Shown: positions 1-9,097 of the stretch, one piece after another
Position numbering within the stretch: the stretch's first letter is position 1
Layout: every line of letters starts with the position of its first letter
Assembly: GCA_964643045.1 (NCBI GenBank)
Contig: CAZXSC010000001.1
Span: forward strand, 66,296 to 130,295
DNA length: 64,000 bases
From: an uncultured Rhodospirillaceae bacterium
Lineage (GTDB): Bacteria > Pseudomonadota > Alphaproteobacteria > Rhodospirillales > UBA2165
Direction: 5' to 3'
Notes under the pieces: generated by a model
What the model was told of the DNA's origin: nothing
What the model saw: only the letters and a program-made list of their open reading frames with translations
The model's database searches: none
Position numbers and translations under genes: made by a program

Positions 1-440
1 GAATAGGCAAAACTGTGTTTTCCACCACCAAATTTAGTCCCAATACTAGATCCATGGACAATTCGTCCGAATTTCTTTTGTATCATGTTGGGTCCAATTG
101 CCTGCATAATTAGAAGGCCAGGTAGAAGATTTATACCCAATGTGTTAAGGATGTCAGTTGAAGATGCATTTGCAAACTCAATATCGGTTAAACTCGCTGC
201 TAAATTTACAAAAGCGTCGACATTAGAGATTTCAGCTACATTATTCTTTATGTCCTTTTCCAACGCAGATATGTCAGAAAAATTACAGCACCAATCTGCA
301 AATTGTTTCCCTCTAAATTGATTTAATTCTGGTCTATCTGTTCGAAAGTGACCAATAACAAACCAATCAGATTCCTGATATTTTTGAACTAATGAGAGCC
401 CAATATCTGAACTGGCGCCCGTGATCAATACTCGTTTCAT
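1..440 (-). CDS. Short-chain dehydrogenase/reductase (classical SDR); C-terminus lies beyond the window edge
   Basis: Not in the ORF track because it runs off the edge. Manual reverse translation from ATG at 440-438 gives MKRVLITGASSDIGLSLVQKYQ...IVHGSSIGTKFGG, open to base 1. It has a TGxxxxIG Rossmann motif and an xxSSxxG strand. The SDR-next-to-cytidylyltransferase arrangement resembles ptmA/ptmB of C. jejuni. Confidence 0.7.
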   Translation of the reverse strand, partial: MKRVLITGASSDIGLSLVQKYQESDWFVIGHFRTDRPELNQFRGKQFADWCCNFSDISALEKDIKNNVAEISNVDAFVNLAASLTDIEFANASSTDILNTLGINLLPGLLIMQAIGPNMIQKKFGRIVHGSSIGTKFGGGKHSFAY

Positions 441-458
441 AGCCTTAATCAAAAATAC

Positions 459-1205
459 TCATTTTCGTTCAGTGAAATTGTGTTGACGCAACCACCCGAT
501 AGCTTGAGGCAGCTGCCAATCAAAATCAACGTCTAATCCTCCGACATTTTTGATTGGATAGATATTTTGGCCCATCCATTTTTGCGGAAGTAAACCATCC
601 TCGAGGTTGTCAAGATTTTTTGGTCGGATAATGGAAACACCCATATCAGCAAACCACACATCTCCTTGTGAATCACGGTCACAGTTGAGTGTTTTGGGGT
701 CTCCAAAAGTTTCAAACGGGACGAATGGGTCTAAAAGGCCATTCTTGTTAATACGTCGGGCTCGTAAAGGGCTCCACATGTTATAACATGATACTGTTAC
801 TGCTGAATCTAAATTTGGATCAATTTGTAGTGCAGAGATACCTTCTTCTATTTGATCCGAACTTACTGTTGGAGAGTTAGCCATTAAAAGCACATAAATT
901 TCTGGGGTCAATCCTTCTCTAACAGTTTCTTGATTAATTACATTATGAGCGTGAACATATGCATCTTCTCCCAATGCTTCGTTGGTGCAAAGGTATTCTG
1001 GGCGATCAATTATATGAGCATCATAGCCATTAGCTAATTTTATCAATTCGGGTGAGTCCGTTGAAAGGTATAAACGATCAATACTTTTGGTTTGTTTTGC
1101 TACCATCAGTGGATATTCTGCCAGAGGGCGCCCCAGTACAGGTATTGTATTTTTGCCTGGGAGCCCGGAAGATCCTGCGCGTCCAATTAATATAGCTATA
1201 TTCAT
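459..1205 (-). CDS. Acylneuraminate (CMP-nonulosonate) cytidylyltransferase family protein
   Basis: 248-aa ORF. N-terminal IAILIGRAGSSGLPGKN matches the ARxxSxxxPxKN motif of NeuA/PtmB-type CMP-sugar synthetases. Confidence 0.8.
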   Translation of the reverse strand: MNIAILIGRAGSSGLPGKNTIPVLGRPLAEYPLMVAKQTKSIDRLYLSTDSPELIKLANGYDAHIIDRPEYLCTNEALGEDAYVHAHNVINQETVREGLTPEIYVLLMANSPTVSSDQIEEGISALQIDPNLDSAVTVSCYNMWSPLRARRINKNGLLDPFVPFETFGDPKTLNCDRDSQGDVWFADMGVSIIRPKNLDNLEDGLLPQKWMGQNIYPIKNVGGLDVDFDWQLPQAIGWLRQHNFTERK

Positions 1206-1425
1206 TTTCTACTTTCTAAGTACATAGGAACCGATAGTTATAGTTTCTATCGAATGGGGTCTCATTAAACATAATTAAGTGGCTTTTTGAACTAAGGGCA
1301 GAACCACTATTGACAACTTGTTTTAGAACTTCGTCCGGATATTTGGGCCTTTTGGAGTCTAACTCTATAGATTGCAATTTCAAGCGTTTATCTAGTAAGG
1401 TTTTTTTGCACCATCAATAATCTTC

Positions 1426-2301
1426 TCATTCAGCGTCATTTTTTTGATGCTGGTGTTCAATCAAGTTTAATATTCCAAGTCCAATATCAATATACGATTC
1501 TCGAATAATTTTTCGACCAAGTTTTGGCATATAACTATAAGGTGTTTGAATATAATGACCCACCATTCCTCCTGTATTCACGTTGATATTGACATCAGTT
1601 CCTAATATTTCTGCAATCATGTCCATCATATTGCGTGTGGTTATACGCTCATTACCTGTCAAGTGGATGATTTGATTTTCGAATTCGGACTTTAACATTT
1701 CGATAGCAGCGGCGGCTCCATCCGAGACATGGATATATTCTCTAATTTCATCGCCGGTGCCCCTGTATGATATGGTATTTGTTTCCAAAGCTTGTTTAAT
1801 CATTTGGAAAACAGCATTTGTTTCATCTGCTCGGGGACCATACAAGCTTCCGAATCTCAAAATGGTGTAGTTCAGTCCAAATTGTGAATGATAGTCTTCA
1901 ATTAGTTGTTCGCAGGTTTTCTTTGAAGTACGATAAAAAGCTCCCTGTTTACTGTAAACATAAATAGAGCTTGCAAAAATTACGCGGCCGACCTTATGGA
2001 GACGGGCCGCTTCTAAAATATTTAAGGTGCCCATAACATTTATTTGGAAGGTTATAATTGGTTCGGCCGTTGCTTTCTCAATGTCAGCAATAGCTGCAAA
2101 ATGGTATATGAAATCACAACCTTCGGCGGCTGAAAAAACAGTATCTTGATCTGTAATGTTTCCCTCAATGAAAACAGAACCATCTGTGAGAAAATTTGAA
2201 GGCTTCTCATCAAAAACAATTACTTCATGATTCGCCTTGACAAGTTCATCAACCAAGTGACTACCCACAAATCCCGATCCACCTGTAACTAGGACTTTCA
2301 T
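1426..2301 (-). CDS. NAD-dependent epimerase/dehydratase (extended SDR)
   Basis: MKVLVTGGSGFVGSHLVDEL GxxGxxG motif and YRTSK (YxxxK) catalytic motif; 291 aa. Confidence 0.85.
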   Translation of the reverse strand: MKVLVTGGSGFVGSHLVDELVKANHEVIVFDEKPSNFLTDGSVFIEGNITDQDTVFSAAEGCDFIYHFAAIADIEKATAEPIITFQINVMGTLNILEAARLHKVGRVIFASSIYVYSKQGAFYRTSKKTCEQLIEDYHSQFGLNYTILRFGSLYGPRADETNAVFQMIKQALETNTISYRGTGDEIREYIHVSDGAAAAIEMLKSEFENQIIHLTGNERITTRNMMDMIAEILGTDVNINVNTGGMVGHYIQTPYSYMPKLGRKIIRESYIDIGLGILNLIEHQHQKNDAE

Positions 2302-2474
2302 TCGATTTTATCCCTTTTTAAGTAGTCAAGTAGCTTTCTGGCAAACATAGTTATCTCCTTGTTTAAAACAACGGGTGGATTTGAAAAGACTAAAGAAGCC
2401 TTATTCTCAGGATCAATATGATCAACCTCAGGTGGATCTGGAACATATTGGCGAATTTGCTCTAAGGCCGCCAC
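2298..2474 (-). CDS. Candidate small ORF (58 aa, GTG start), unknown function
   Basis: Manual translation gives VAALEQIRQYVPDPPEVDHIDPENKASLVFSNPPVVLNKEITMFARKLLDYLKRDKIE. Its TGA overlaps the ATG of the downstream SDR gene (ATGA at 2301-2298). It is below the 60-aa cutoff of the ORF track and I recognise no family. Confidence 0.25.
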   Translation of the reverse strand: MAALEQIRQYVPDPPEVDHIDPENKASLVFSNPPVVLNKEITMFARKLLDYLKRDKIE

Positions 2475-2495
2475 AATTATAACTTTTCATAGAAA

Positions 2496-3494
2496 TTACT
2501 TTTCATCGATAAAATTTAATATTTCATCACTAGTTAGCCACTGATCATTTTTGCTACTTTCATAGCGAAAACCCGCGGGAACACTTTTACCTTTATGAGG
2601 GATACGATCCCAAAAGCAAAACTCAGGTTCTATTACATATCTATCATTTTGATCTAACGTATGCCTAGCATTATCCTCTGAAATCATGATTTCATGCAAT
2701 TTTTCTCCCGGCCTAATTCCGGTGATTCTTTGATCTAAGTTTGGTGCCATTGCTCGTGCTAGGTCAGAAATTGTCATACTTGGAATTTTAGGAATAAATA
2801 TTTCACCACCATGCATAGTTTTTAAGCAAGAAAGTACAAAGTTCACGCTTTGATCAAGTGTAATCCAGAATCTACTCATTCGTGGATCGGTAATGGGAAG
2901 GTGATCGGCGCCAGCATTAATTAATTTACTAAAAATAGGTATTACACTTCCTCTTGAACCTATTACGTTACCGTAACGTACAGATGTAAATATCGTATCT
3001 AAATTGCCACTAAGGTTATTCGCCGCGATAAAAATCTTTTCTGCCGCCAGTTTGGTCGCTCCATATAAATTGATAGGATTCACAGCTTTATCAGTTGATA
3101 GAGAAATTACACGCTTGACATTTGCGGAAAGGGCGGCTGATACAATATTTTGTGCGCCTACTACATTGGTTGCAATACATTCAAATGGATTGTATTCGGC
3201 GGCCATAACTTGTTTCATCGCGGCAGCATGAATGACACAATCAATGTTTTGCATTGCCATGCGTAGTCGGTCTTGATCGCGGACGTCTCCAATAAAGTAT
3301 CGGATACAGGAATGGTCTTCAGGTGAGAAAAGTTGGGCCATTTCGTATTGCTTAAGTTCATCTCTCGAAAAAACAATTAGTTTATTCGGGCTAAAATTAG
3401 AAATTACAGTCTCAATAAATTTATGGCCGAATGAACCCGTTCCGCCCGTAATTAAGATGTTTTTGCCGTCTAGGTTAAAAGATTTTGATGACAT
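2496..3494 (-). CDS. pseB: UDP-N-acetylglucosamine 4,6-dehydratase (inverting), PseB/FlaA1 type
   Basis: 332 aa with ILITGGTGSFGHKF and DKAVNPINLYGATKLAAEK, typical of the CapD/FlaA1 subfamily. It sits immediately upstream of a DegT aminotransferase and cytidylyltransferase in pse order. Confidence 0.88.
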   Translation of the reverse strand: MSSKSFNLDGKNILITGGTGSFGHKFIETVISNFSPNKLIVFSRDELKQYEMAQLFSPEDHSCIRYFIGDVRDQDRLRMAMQNIDCVIHAAAMKQVMAAEYNPFECIATNVVGAQNIVSAALSANVKRVISLSTDKAVNPINLYGATKLAAEKIFIAANNLSGNLDTIFTSVRYGNVIGSRGSVIPIFSKLINAGADHLPITDPRMSRFWITLDQSVNFVLSCLKTMHGGEIFIPKIPSMTISDLARAMAPNLDQRITGIRPGEKLHEIMISEDNARHTLDQNDRYVIEPEFCFWDRIPHKGKSVPAGFRYESSKNDQWLTSDEILNFIDEK

Positions 3495-3568
3495 TTGGCC
3501 TTTCCTTCTTTGTCAGCATATATAAAATAGGTAAGTTTTCAGTGAGTTTACCAACGATAAGCACGAGT

Positions 3569-4732
3569 TTAAATTTCAAAGGCTTTTTTAATATTTATGA
3601 CAACCCGCTCAACATCCTCGTCCGTCATGGCTGCGAATAGGGGTAGACTTAGGCATCCATTATAATAATGCTCGGCTGCAGAAAAAACACCCGGTTCATA
3701 TTTGTGAGATCGAGCATAATAGGGCTGCAGGTGAATTGGAATATAATGGACTTGAGTGTTGATATTATTTTTAGATAAGTTTTGCATGAAATCGGCGCGG
3801 TTTATTTCTAAATTTTCCCAATCAATATGGATTAAATAAAGATGCAGACCAGATCTATTTCTTTGGGCCGGGCTCGAGTGAAATATTCTGAAAGGCAATG
3901 ATGAAAAAGCCTCATCATAGTGGAGGGCAATCTCTCTCCGCCGGCAGCAAAATTTTTCAAGTTTATTTAGTTGGGATAATCCCAAGGCAGCCTGTATATC
4001 ACTTAACCGATAGTTAAATCCAAGAGATTGTTGTTCATAAAACCACGGGGGAAAATTTCCTCGTTGATCACTGTTAGCCTCAAAATACCCAGGGTCACGT
4101 TCAATACCATGATTCCGCAGAAGGCGGAGGCGATGGGCATAATTGTCATTATTAGTTACAACCAAACCTCCCTCGCCGGTTGTGATGGGTTTGATTGCGT
4201 GAAATGAGAAAACCGACATATCCGAGTATTTACCACAGCCAACAGGGCTTCCATCATCATATGTTCCTCCCAACGCGTGGCATGCATCTTCAATTATGCA
4301 GCTCGACTGGGACATTTCTTTGATTTCTCGGCTATTTGATGCTAAGCCAGCGAAATGCACCGGAATAACAATATCTATGTTTTTTTTGGTTAGAACCTGC
4401 TCCAGTTTAGTGGTCGCTATGCCAAGTGTTTTTGGGTCAATATCGGTTAAATGAGCTTCCATCCCGGCATATAATAAGCAATTTGCTGAAGCAACAAATG
4501 ATAATGTTGATGTTATACCGCGACCTTCCGGCGATACTCCGGCAGCTAAACATGCCAGGTGTAACCCTGCTGTGCCATTACTCACAGCAACCGCATGTTT
4601 TGCGCCAACGCGTTCTGCGATGGCATCTTCGAATTTTTTTACCGTGGGACCTTGAGTAAGATAATCACTATGTAAAACCTCTATGACCGCGGTGACGTCG
4701 TCTTCATCTATGCTTTGTTTGCTGTAATTCAT
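3569..4732 (-). CDS. pseC: DegT/DnrJ/EryC1-family PLP aminotransferase, PseC type
   Basis: 387 aa with a PLP-lysine region SFHAIKPITTGEGG. The N-terminal IDEDDVTAVIEVLHSDYLTQGP is typical of PseC. The start codon directly abuts the pseF stop. Confidence 0.85.
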   Translation of the reverse strand: MNYSKQSIDEDDVTAVIEVLHSDYLTQGPTVKKFEDAIAERVGAKHAVAVSNGTAGLHLACLAAGVSPEGRGITSTLSFVASANCLLYAGMEAHLTDIDPKTLGIATTKLEQVLTKKNIDIVIPVHFAGLASNSREIKEMSQSSCIIEDACHALGGTYDDGSPVGCGKYSDMSVFSFHAIKPITTGEGGLVVTNNDNYAHRLRLLRNHGIERDPGYFEANSDQRGNFPPWFYEQQSLGFNYRLSDIQAALGLSQLNKLEKFCCRRREIALHYDEAFSSLPFRIFHSSPAQRNRSGLHLYLIHIDWENLEINRADFMQNLSKNNINTQVHYIPIHLQPYYARSHKYEPGVFSAAEHYYNGCLSLPLFAAMTDEDVERVVINIKKAFEI

Positions 4733-5470
4733 CTAATTTCTTTTCTTGGTGGGGTGTTTCGATACGGCTTGGTTGTTATATAAAATTTCTGCAAGTAACC
4801 AATCATCCTCGGTATCAATATCAACTGCCCGTTGGGACGGTAACTCATATCCAACAAAATTATTATAATTACCGGCGTCGATTGATTCTTTAATTACAGA
4901 TGCAGGAAAAAGGTAGAATTGGCCGGCATCATAATAATTTTCAGGTAAGTCCTGTGAGCGTTTTGGCATTTCTTTGGGAAAATTAGGATCAAGAAAATTA
5001 TTGGAAATCATAGTATATGAGCGAGCAATAGGAGCGGGAAACTTGCAAACACTAATGACACCGCTGGCGCTTGGTGTTAAATTTGCCAAATTAATTGCAC
5101 CATGTAAGTCCTCTGGCAAAACGAGCGGTGCACAGGCCATCAATAATATAACCTGGTTAAAAACCTCACCCATATTTTCATACTGTTCTAGTACGAATCG
5201 TAGAACGGGCATTAACGGGGTGTGATCATTAGCAAGATCTGGAGGGCGGACAAACTCCGGAGTGTGTCCGAAATCTGTGGCAATATTAGAAATTTTAATT
5301 TCATCTGTAGAGATATGAATTTTATCAAAGAGATTGCTTGCTTCAGCACACTCAATTGAATAGCCAATAATAGGCTTTCCGCAAAAGGTTCGTAAGTTTT
5401 TATGTGGAATGCGTTTTGAGCCTCCGCGCGCTGGGATGATACATAAGCGCCTGTTTTTATATGAATTCAT
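4733..5470 (-). CDS. pseF: Pseudaminic acid cytidylyltransferase (PseF type)
   Basis: CIIPARGGSKRIPHKN motif. I prefer the ATG at 5470 (MNSYKNRRLCIIPARGG), which has AGGAG upstream, over the GTG at 5512 used by the ORF track. Confidence 0.8.
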   Translation of the reverse strand: MNSYKNRRLCIIPARGGSKRIPHKNLRTFCGKPIIGYSIECAEASNLFDKIHISTDEIKISNIATDFGHTPEFVRPPDLANDHTPLMPVLRFVLEQYENMGEVFNQVILLMACAPLVLPEDLHGAINLANLTPSASGVISVCKFPAPIARSYTMISNNFLDPNFPKEMPKRSQDLPENYYDAGQFYLFPASVIKESIDAGNYNNFVGYELPSQRAVDIDTEDDWLLAEILYNNQAVSKHPTKKRN

Positions 5471-5562
5471 TGGACCAATTAATCTCCTGTTCTGGCGATA
5501 ATAATGGTACACATTATTTTGCTAATTTTTTGCTATGGTTTTGTGCTAAGGGTCGTGTACGT

Positions 5563-6273
5563 TTAAATTTTATTATTTTGAATGATTCCGCCTAGATTCA
5601 ATATTGGCTGTAACACCGGGATTAAGTAGTCTTTATTTTTCTTTAGAAATTGTTTTAAGTCATTTGGGGATATTATAGCTAATTTTTCATATTCATTGGT
5701 AGCGTAATTTTTATGACTGTGATGAATATCCCTAGCCGTCATTTTAGACTTTAACCTCAATACAATATCAATTACTCCAGTTTCCACATTTTCAACAAGG
5801 CCCAAAACCAACGGAACAGTAACTTGGGAGCGCTTTAAGCCTAATTCTTCTTCAAGTTCTTCTAAGATTTGAATCTTTGGGTCTCGGTTGGCTAACCCCC
5901 CAGCGGGGGCCGTTTCCCAGTATCCTTTATCAGATATCACAGTTTTGCTTCGAAGACCGAGCACTAAGCCATCTGCGCATGTTAATATTCCGGCGACAGC
6001 AGCCGGGCGTACCGTAAGCCCTAACTCAAAAAGTTCTGGCGCCCGCCGTCTAGCTAAAGCCTCTTTGTAGTTTATGGCTTGTAGCGTAATACTGTTGAAT
6101 TTATACTCAACTAGCGAATACATTGTATTATTTTTTAGGTTTGATCCTCGCCGGGCTTTCTCATTAGCCCAAATGTTTTCTATATGGTGTACTATTCTAT
6201 CTGGCAGAGCAAATGGAGCTTGTACAATTATTTTACATGATTCATCGATAGAAAATGTTGCCGTTTTTGTCAC
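5563..6273 (-). CDS. Hypothetical protein with a degenerate Nudix-like box
   Basis: 236 aa with a GTG start. GGLANRDPKIQILEELEEELGL loosely fits Gx5Ex7REUxEExGU, with substitutions at the first Glu and the Arg. Confidence 0.4.
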   Translation of the reverse strand: MTKTATFSIDESCKIIVQAPFALPDRIVHHIENIWANEKARRGSNLKNNTMYSLVEYKFNSITLQAINYKEALARRRAPELFELGLTVRPAAVAGILTCADGLVLGLRSKTVISDKGYWETAPAGGLANRDPKIQILEELEEELGLKRSQVTVPLVLGLVENVETGVIDIVLRLKSKMTARDIHHSHKNYATNEYEKLAIISPNDLKQFLKKNKDYLIPVLQPILNLGGIIQNNKI

Positions 6274-6345
6274 TTGAGATTTTTATTGAATTTCGTAATT
6301 AAAGTCGGTTTTTAATCTAGATCAATATTTTATGGTAAATTATTC

Positions 6346-6993
6346 TTAGATGTGGTGATTTAATTCATTTAAATTCGATACGAACGTACATCCCGGTGGC
6401 CATTCGCTTTTATTGGTTGGAGGTGTATGTAAGACGATTGTTTGGAGACCCGCTGAACTTGAAGAATGTGCCCCTGCTGGTGTGTCTTCAATTCCTATGG
6501 AAAAGTTTGCGCTAACTTGAGCTTGATGAAGGGCTTTTAGATAAGGCTCTGGCGAGGGCTTACCATTCTTTACGTTTTCTGCGGCGATTACAAAGCTGAT
6601 CCACTTCGAAAGACCGGTTTTGTTTAACCAATAAGTTGTTAAATCTTGATTGTTTGAGGTTACTATTGCGTTGATCCAGCCCCTTTTATGGGTGCACGCC
6701 AAGAGGCTATATGCTCCTGCTGAAGGTTTTACGTTGCTGTAATTTTCTTTGATAAGAACCTGATAAAACGATAAAAGTTCACTTATATTTTCCGTTATAC
6801 CGTGGGTTTCTTTTAAATAACTTATTGCTTCAGTTAATGGTGGTCCATTCAGTAAATCAAATTCACTTTGGCTGGGAATACGATCAAAATGCGTGAGAAA
6901 AGATTCATAGACCATCTGTAGAATACCTTTGCTGTTTGCTAATGTCCCATCTAAGTCAAAAAATAACCCCCGTTTAATTTTTTTTTGAGTCAT
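6346..6993 (-). CDS. HAD-superfamily hydrolase (phosphatase/beta-phosphoglucomutase-like)
   Basis: The FFDLDGTLANS motif I (DxDxT) and IGIEDTPAGA motif IV region are present; 215 aa. Confidence 0.8.
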   Translation of the reverse strand: MTQKKIKRGLFFDLDGTLANSKGILQMVYESFLTHFDRIPSQSEFDLLNGPPLTEAISYLKETHGITENISELLSFYQVLIKENYSNVKPSAGAYSLLACTHKRGWINAIVTSNNQDLTTYWLNKTGLSKWISFVIAAENVKNGKPSPEPYLKALHQAQVSANFSIGIEDTPAGAHSSSSAGLQTIVLHTPPTNKSEWPPGCTFVSNLNELNHHI

Positions 6994-7060
6994 GTTAAAT
7001 TAGAAATATATAAGCATTTTGCGTTGAGTTATTGGACATTAAAGTTGGGCCTATAAGATT

Positions 7061-7888
7061 TCATTTAATTTTTTGAAAAACATAAAGGCGATTCTGACCA
7101 AACTTGCCAAATTGATCCTTTGATGTTTCCGAAATGGCTATGTTTACCGCTGTTGCCGCTTCCACGAGTGGATGCGAATAATCAACCTCGCCATTATTAA
7201 TTAAAGGTGTCAATACGTATAGGACAATATCATGCAGGCTGATAAAATCTTCGATCTCAATCAATTTCATGTTTTGAGCTTCAGTATGAGGTAGGATTAC
7301 GTTTTCATCTAAAAACAAATTATATTCTGCTGGTGTTCTAGGTGGAAGGCCAACGGCCATGCGAGTTTCATTTTGTAAGGCGTAGGTTTGTTGTGAATTT
7401 TCTATTAGAAGTATGTAGCCCCCCACTTGAAGTTTTGTGCAGAGTAGAGTTATAGCTTGTTTTTGGAGCTCTATCTTGTTCAGATTTATTAGGCATCTAA
7501 CCGAGAAGATGATGTCATACATCGATGAAAGGTGTTCTAATTTGGTAACATCATTTACGGCGAAGGATAATCTTTTATCAGGTATTTTGAGGGATGTTTT
7601 TTTTCTATTAGCAGCGTCAATCATGTCAGGTATATAATCAAAGCCCTCGAATTTAAGATTTTGGAATTCCTGGGCTAATGGAATGCTATTTTGTCCATTT
7701 CCACAGCCAACTTCCAACACAGATTTTAAATTATTTTTGGCTTTTAATATTTGACGAAATGCACGGATCAGCGCATTAATTTCCATATCTTTCGCGCTAG
7801 AGGTCTTGGTTGTTGCCAACGTACCTTGTCCATGCTCTTGTGCGAGCCGTAGCCAGTGTTTTTTGATTTGATCAAGTGACAATGGCAT
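7061..7888 (-). CDS. Class I SAM-dependent methyltransferase
   Basis: VLEVGCGNGQNS is a SAM-binding motif I; 275 aa. Confidence 0.8.
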   Translation of the reverse strand: MPLSLDQIKKHWLRLAQEHGQGTLATTKTSSAKDMEINALIRAFRQILKAKNNLKSVLEVGCGNGQNSIPLAQEFQNLKFEGFDYIPDMIDAANRKKTSLKIPDKRLSFAVNDVTKLEHLSSMYDIIFSVRCLINLNKIELQKQAITLLCTKLQVGGYILLIENSQQTYALQNETRMAVGLPPRTPAEYNLFLDENVILPHTEAQNMKLIEIEDFISLHDIVLYVLTPLINNGEVDYSHPLVEAATAVNIAISETSKDQFGKFGQNRLYVFQKIK

Positions 7889-7930
7889 TAATTTCTCTTC
7901 TGATAGTATTGTGAAGTCGGCAGAGTGTAT

Positions 7931-8989
7931 TTAATTTTGAACATGTTTCCACGTTAAAGCGGTCCCCTTAAAAAGGTCGCGCGTAGCACACAGACCTATA
8001 ATTTTTGGCAAGTTATTTGGAGGAAGACCAAAACCCGGTCGTATAGAACGCACGTTCTCTGGTGTTATCTTTTCACCTTTTTTGATATTTTTAGTGACAT
8101 AGAGTGAGGGGCGGAGCAGGATGTTATCTTTTTCGGCTTCGATCGCATCTACTTTAATTTCGCCCATCGATTCCCATGCTAGTCGGCAATCGTTGACTAA
8201 TTGTTTCAACTCGTGGGGCTCCAAGGAGAATGATGAATCTACTCCGCCATCTTGCCGGGAAAGTGTTAAGTGTTTTTCAATAATACATGCTCCCATTGGG
8301 ATTGATGCCACTGCAGTAGCGGTTCCAGGTGAATGGTCAGATAAACCAATTGGAATGTTATATGTTGATTGTAAAAATGGAATAGTGCGTAAATTATAGT
8401 CTTTTGAGTTTGCTGGATAAGCACTGACACAATGAAGAAGGGCTATCCCGGTAGCACCACCTTCTGTTGCTGTTTTTACGGCCTCCGAAATTTCTATCTG
8501 ATTTGCTAGGCCAGTTGAAATTATAAGGGGTTTTTTTGTTTGAGAACATTTAAGTATTAATGGAGTGTCAATGCATTCAAAAGAAGCGATTTTGTAAGCA
8601 GGGCAGTCAAGTTCCTCCAGAAAATCAACAGCGGTTTCGTCAAAAGGGCTACTGAAAATTATCAGACCTAATTCTTTTGCCCGAACAAATAGTTGCGGAT
8701 GCCAGTCCCAGGGCGTATGAGCTTCTTGGTAAAGATCGTAGAGGCGTCTACCTTTCCACGGCCCATCGGTTATCATAAACTCCGGCCCGTCATGGTCCAG
8801 CGTAAGAGTATCTGCTGTATATGTTTGTAGTTTTATGGCATCAACACCAGCTTCGGCGGCAAGTTCGATAAGTTTGATGGCTCGGCTTAAGTCGCCGTTA
8901 TGATTACCCGATAATTCAGCAATTATGAATGGGGGTCTGTTTAGTCCAACACTTTTATTGGAGATTTTAAACACCGTTTGATGCTTCAT
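7931..8989 (-). CDS. pseI: Pseudaminic acid synthase (NeuB-family, PseI type)
   Basis: 352 aa containing FIIAELSGNHNGDLSRAIKLIELAAEAGVDAIKLQTY...WKGRRLYDLYQEAHTPWDW...PAYKIASFE. The signature is PseI-like rather than NeuB/LegI-like. Confidence 0.88.
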   Translation of the reverse strand: MKHQTVFKISNKSVGLNRPPFIIAELSGNHNGDLSRAIKLIELAAEAGVDAIKLQTYTADTLTLDHDGPEFMITDGPWKGRRLYDLYQEAHTPWDWHPQLFVRAKELGLIIFSSPFDETAVDFLEELDCPAYKIASFECIDTPLILKCSQTKKPLIISTGLANQIEISEAVKTATEGGATGIALLHCVSAYPANSKDYNLRTIPFLQSTYNIPIGLSDHSPGTATAVASIPMGACIIEKHLTLSRQDGGVDSSFSLEPHELKQLVNDCRLAWESMGEIKVDAIEAEKDNILLRPSLYVTKNIKKGEKITPENVRSIRPGFGLPPNNLPKIIGLCATRDLFKGTALTWKHVQN

Positions 8990-9097
8990 ATCTTATTTGT
9001 CATGTAATTATAAATCCATATTGAAAAACTATATTACTTTACTTGTAGATTTAACAGATCAATTAAAAAATTGTTTGAAAAAAATTAATTTAAGAAA

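Noticed and set aside
1206-1425. Possible TTG-initiated ~57-codon ORF in the 220-bp gap between the cytidylyltransferase and the SDR gene
   Set aside because: There is no ATG or GTG start, no RBS and no coupling to neighbours. The translation has no recognisable features, so the region is treated as non-coding spacer.
6978-6986. A/T homopolymers of 8-9 nt inside genes as phase-variation tracts (e.g. A9 in codons 3-6 of the HAD gene at 6978-6986; T9 in the GT2 gene at 47252-47260; 4380-4387; 9185-9192)
   Set aside because: Runs of this length are expected by chance in AT-rich coding DNA rich in Lys and Phe codons. Without population data they are not distinguishable from background. Only the G8 tract was kept as a finding.
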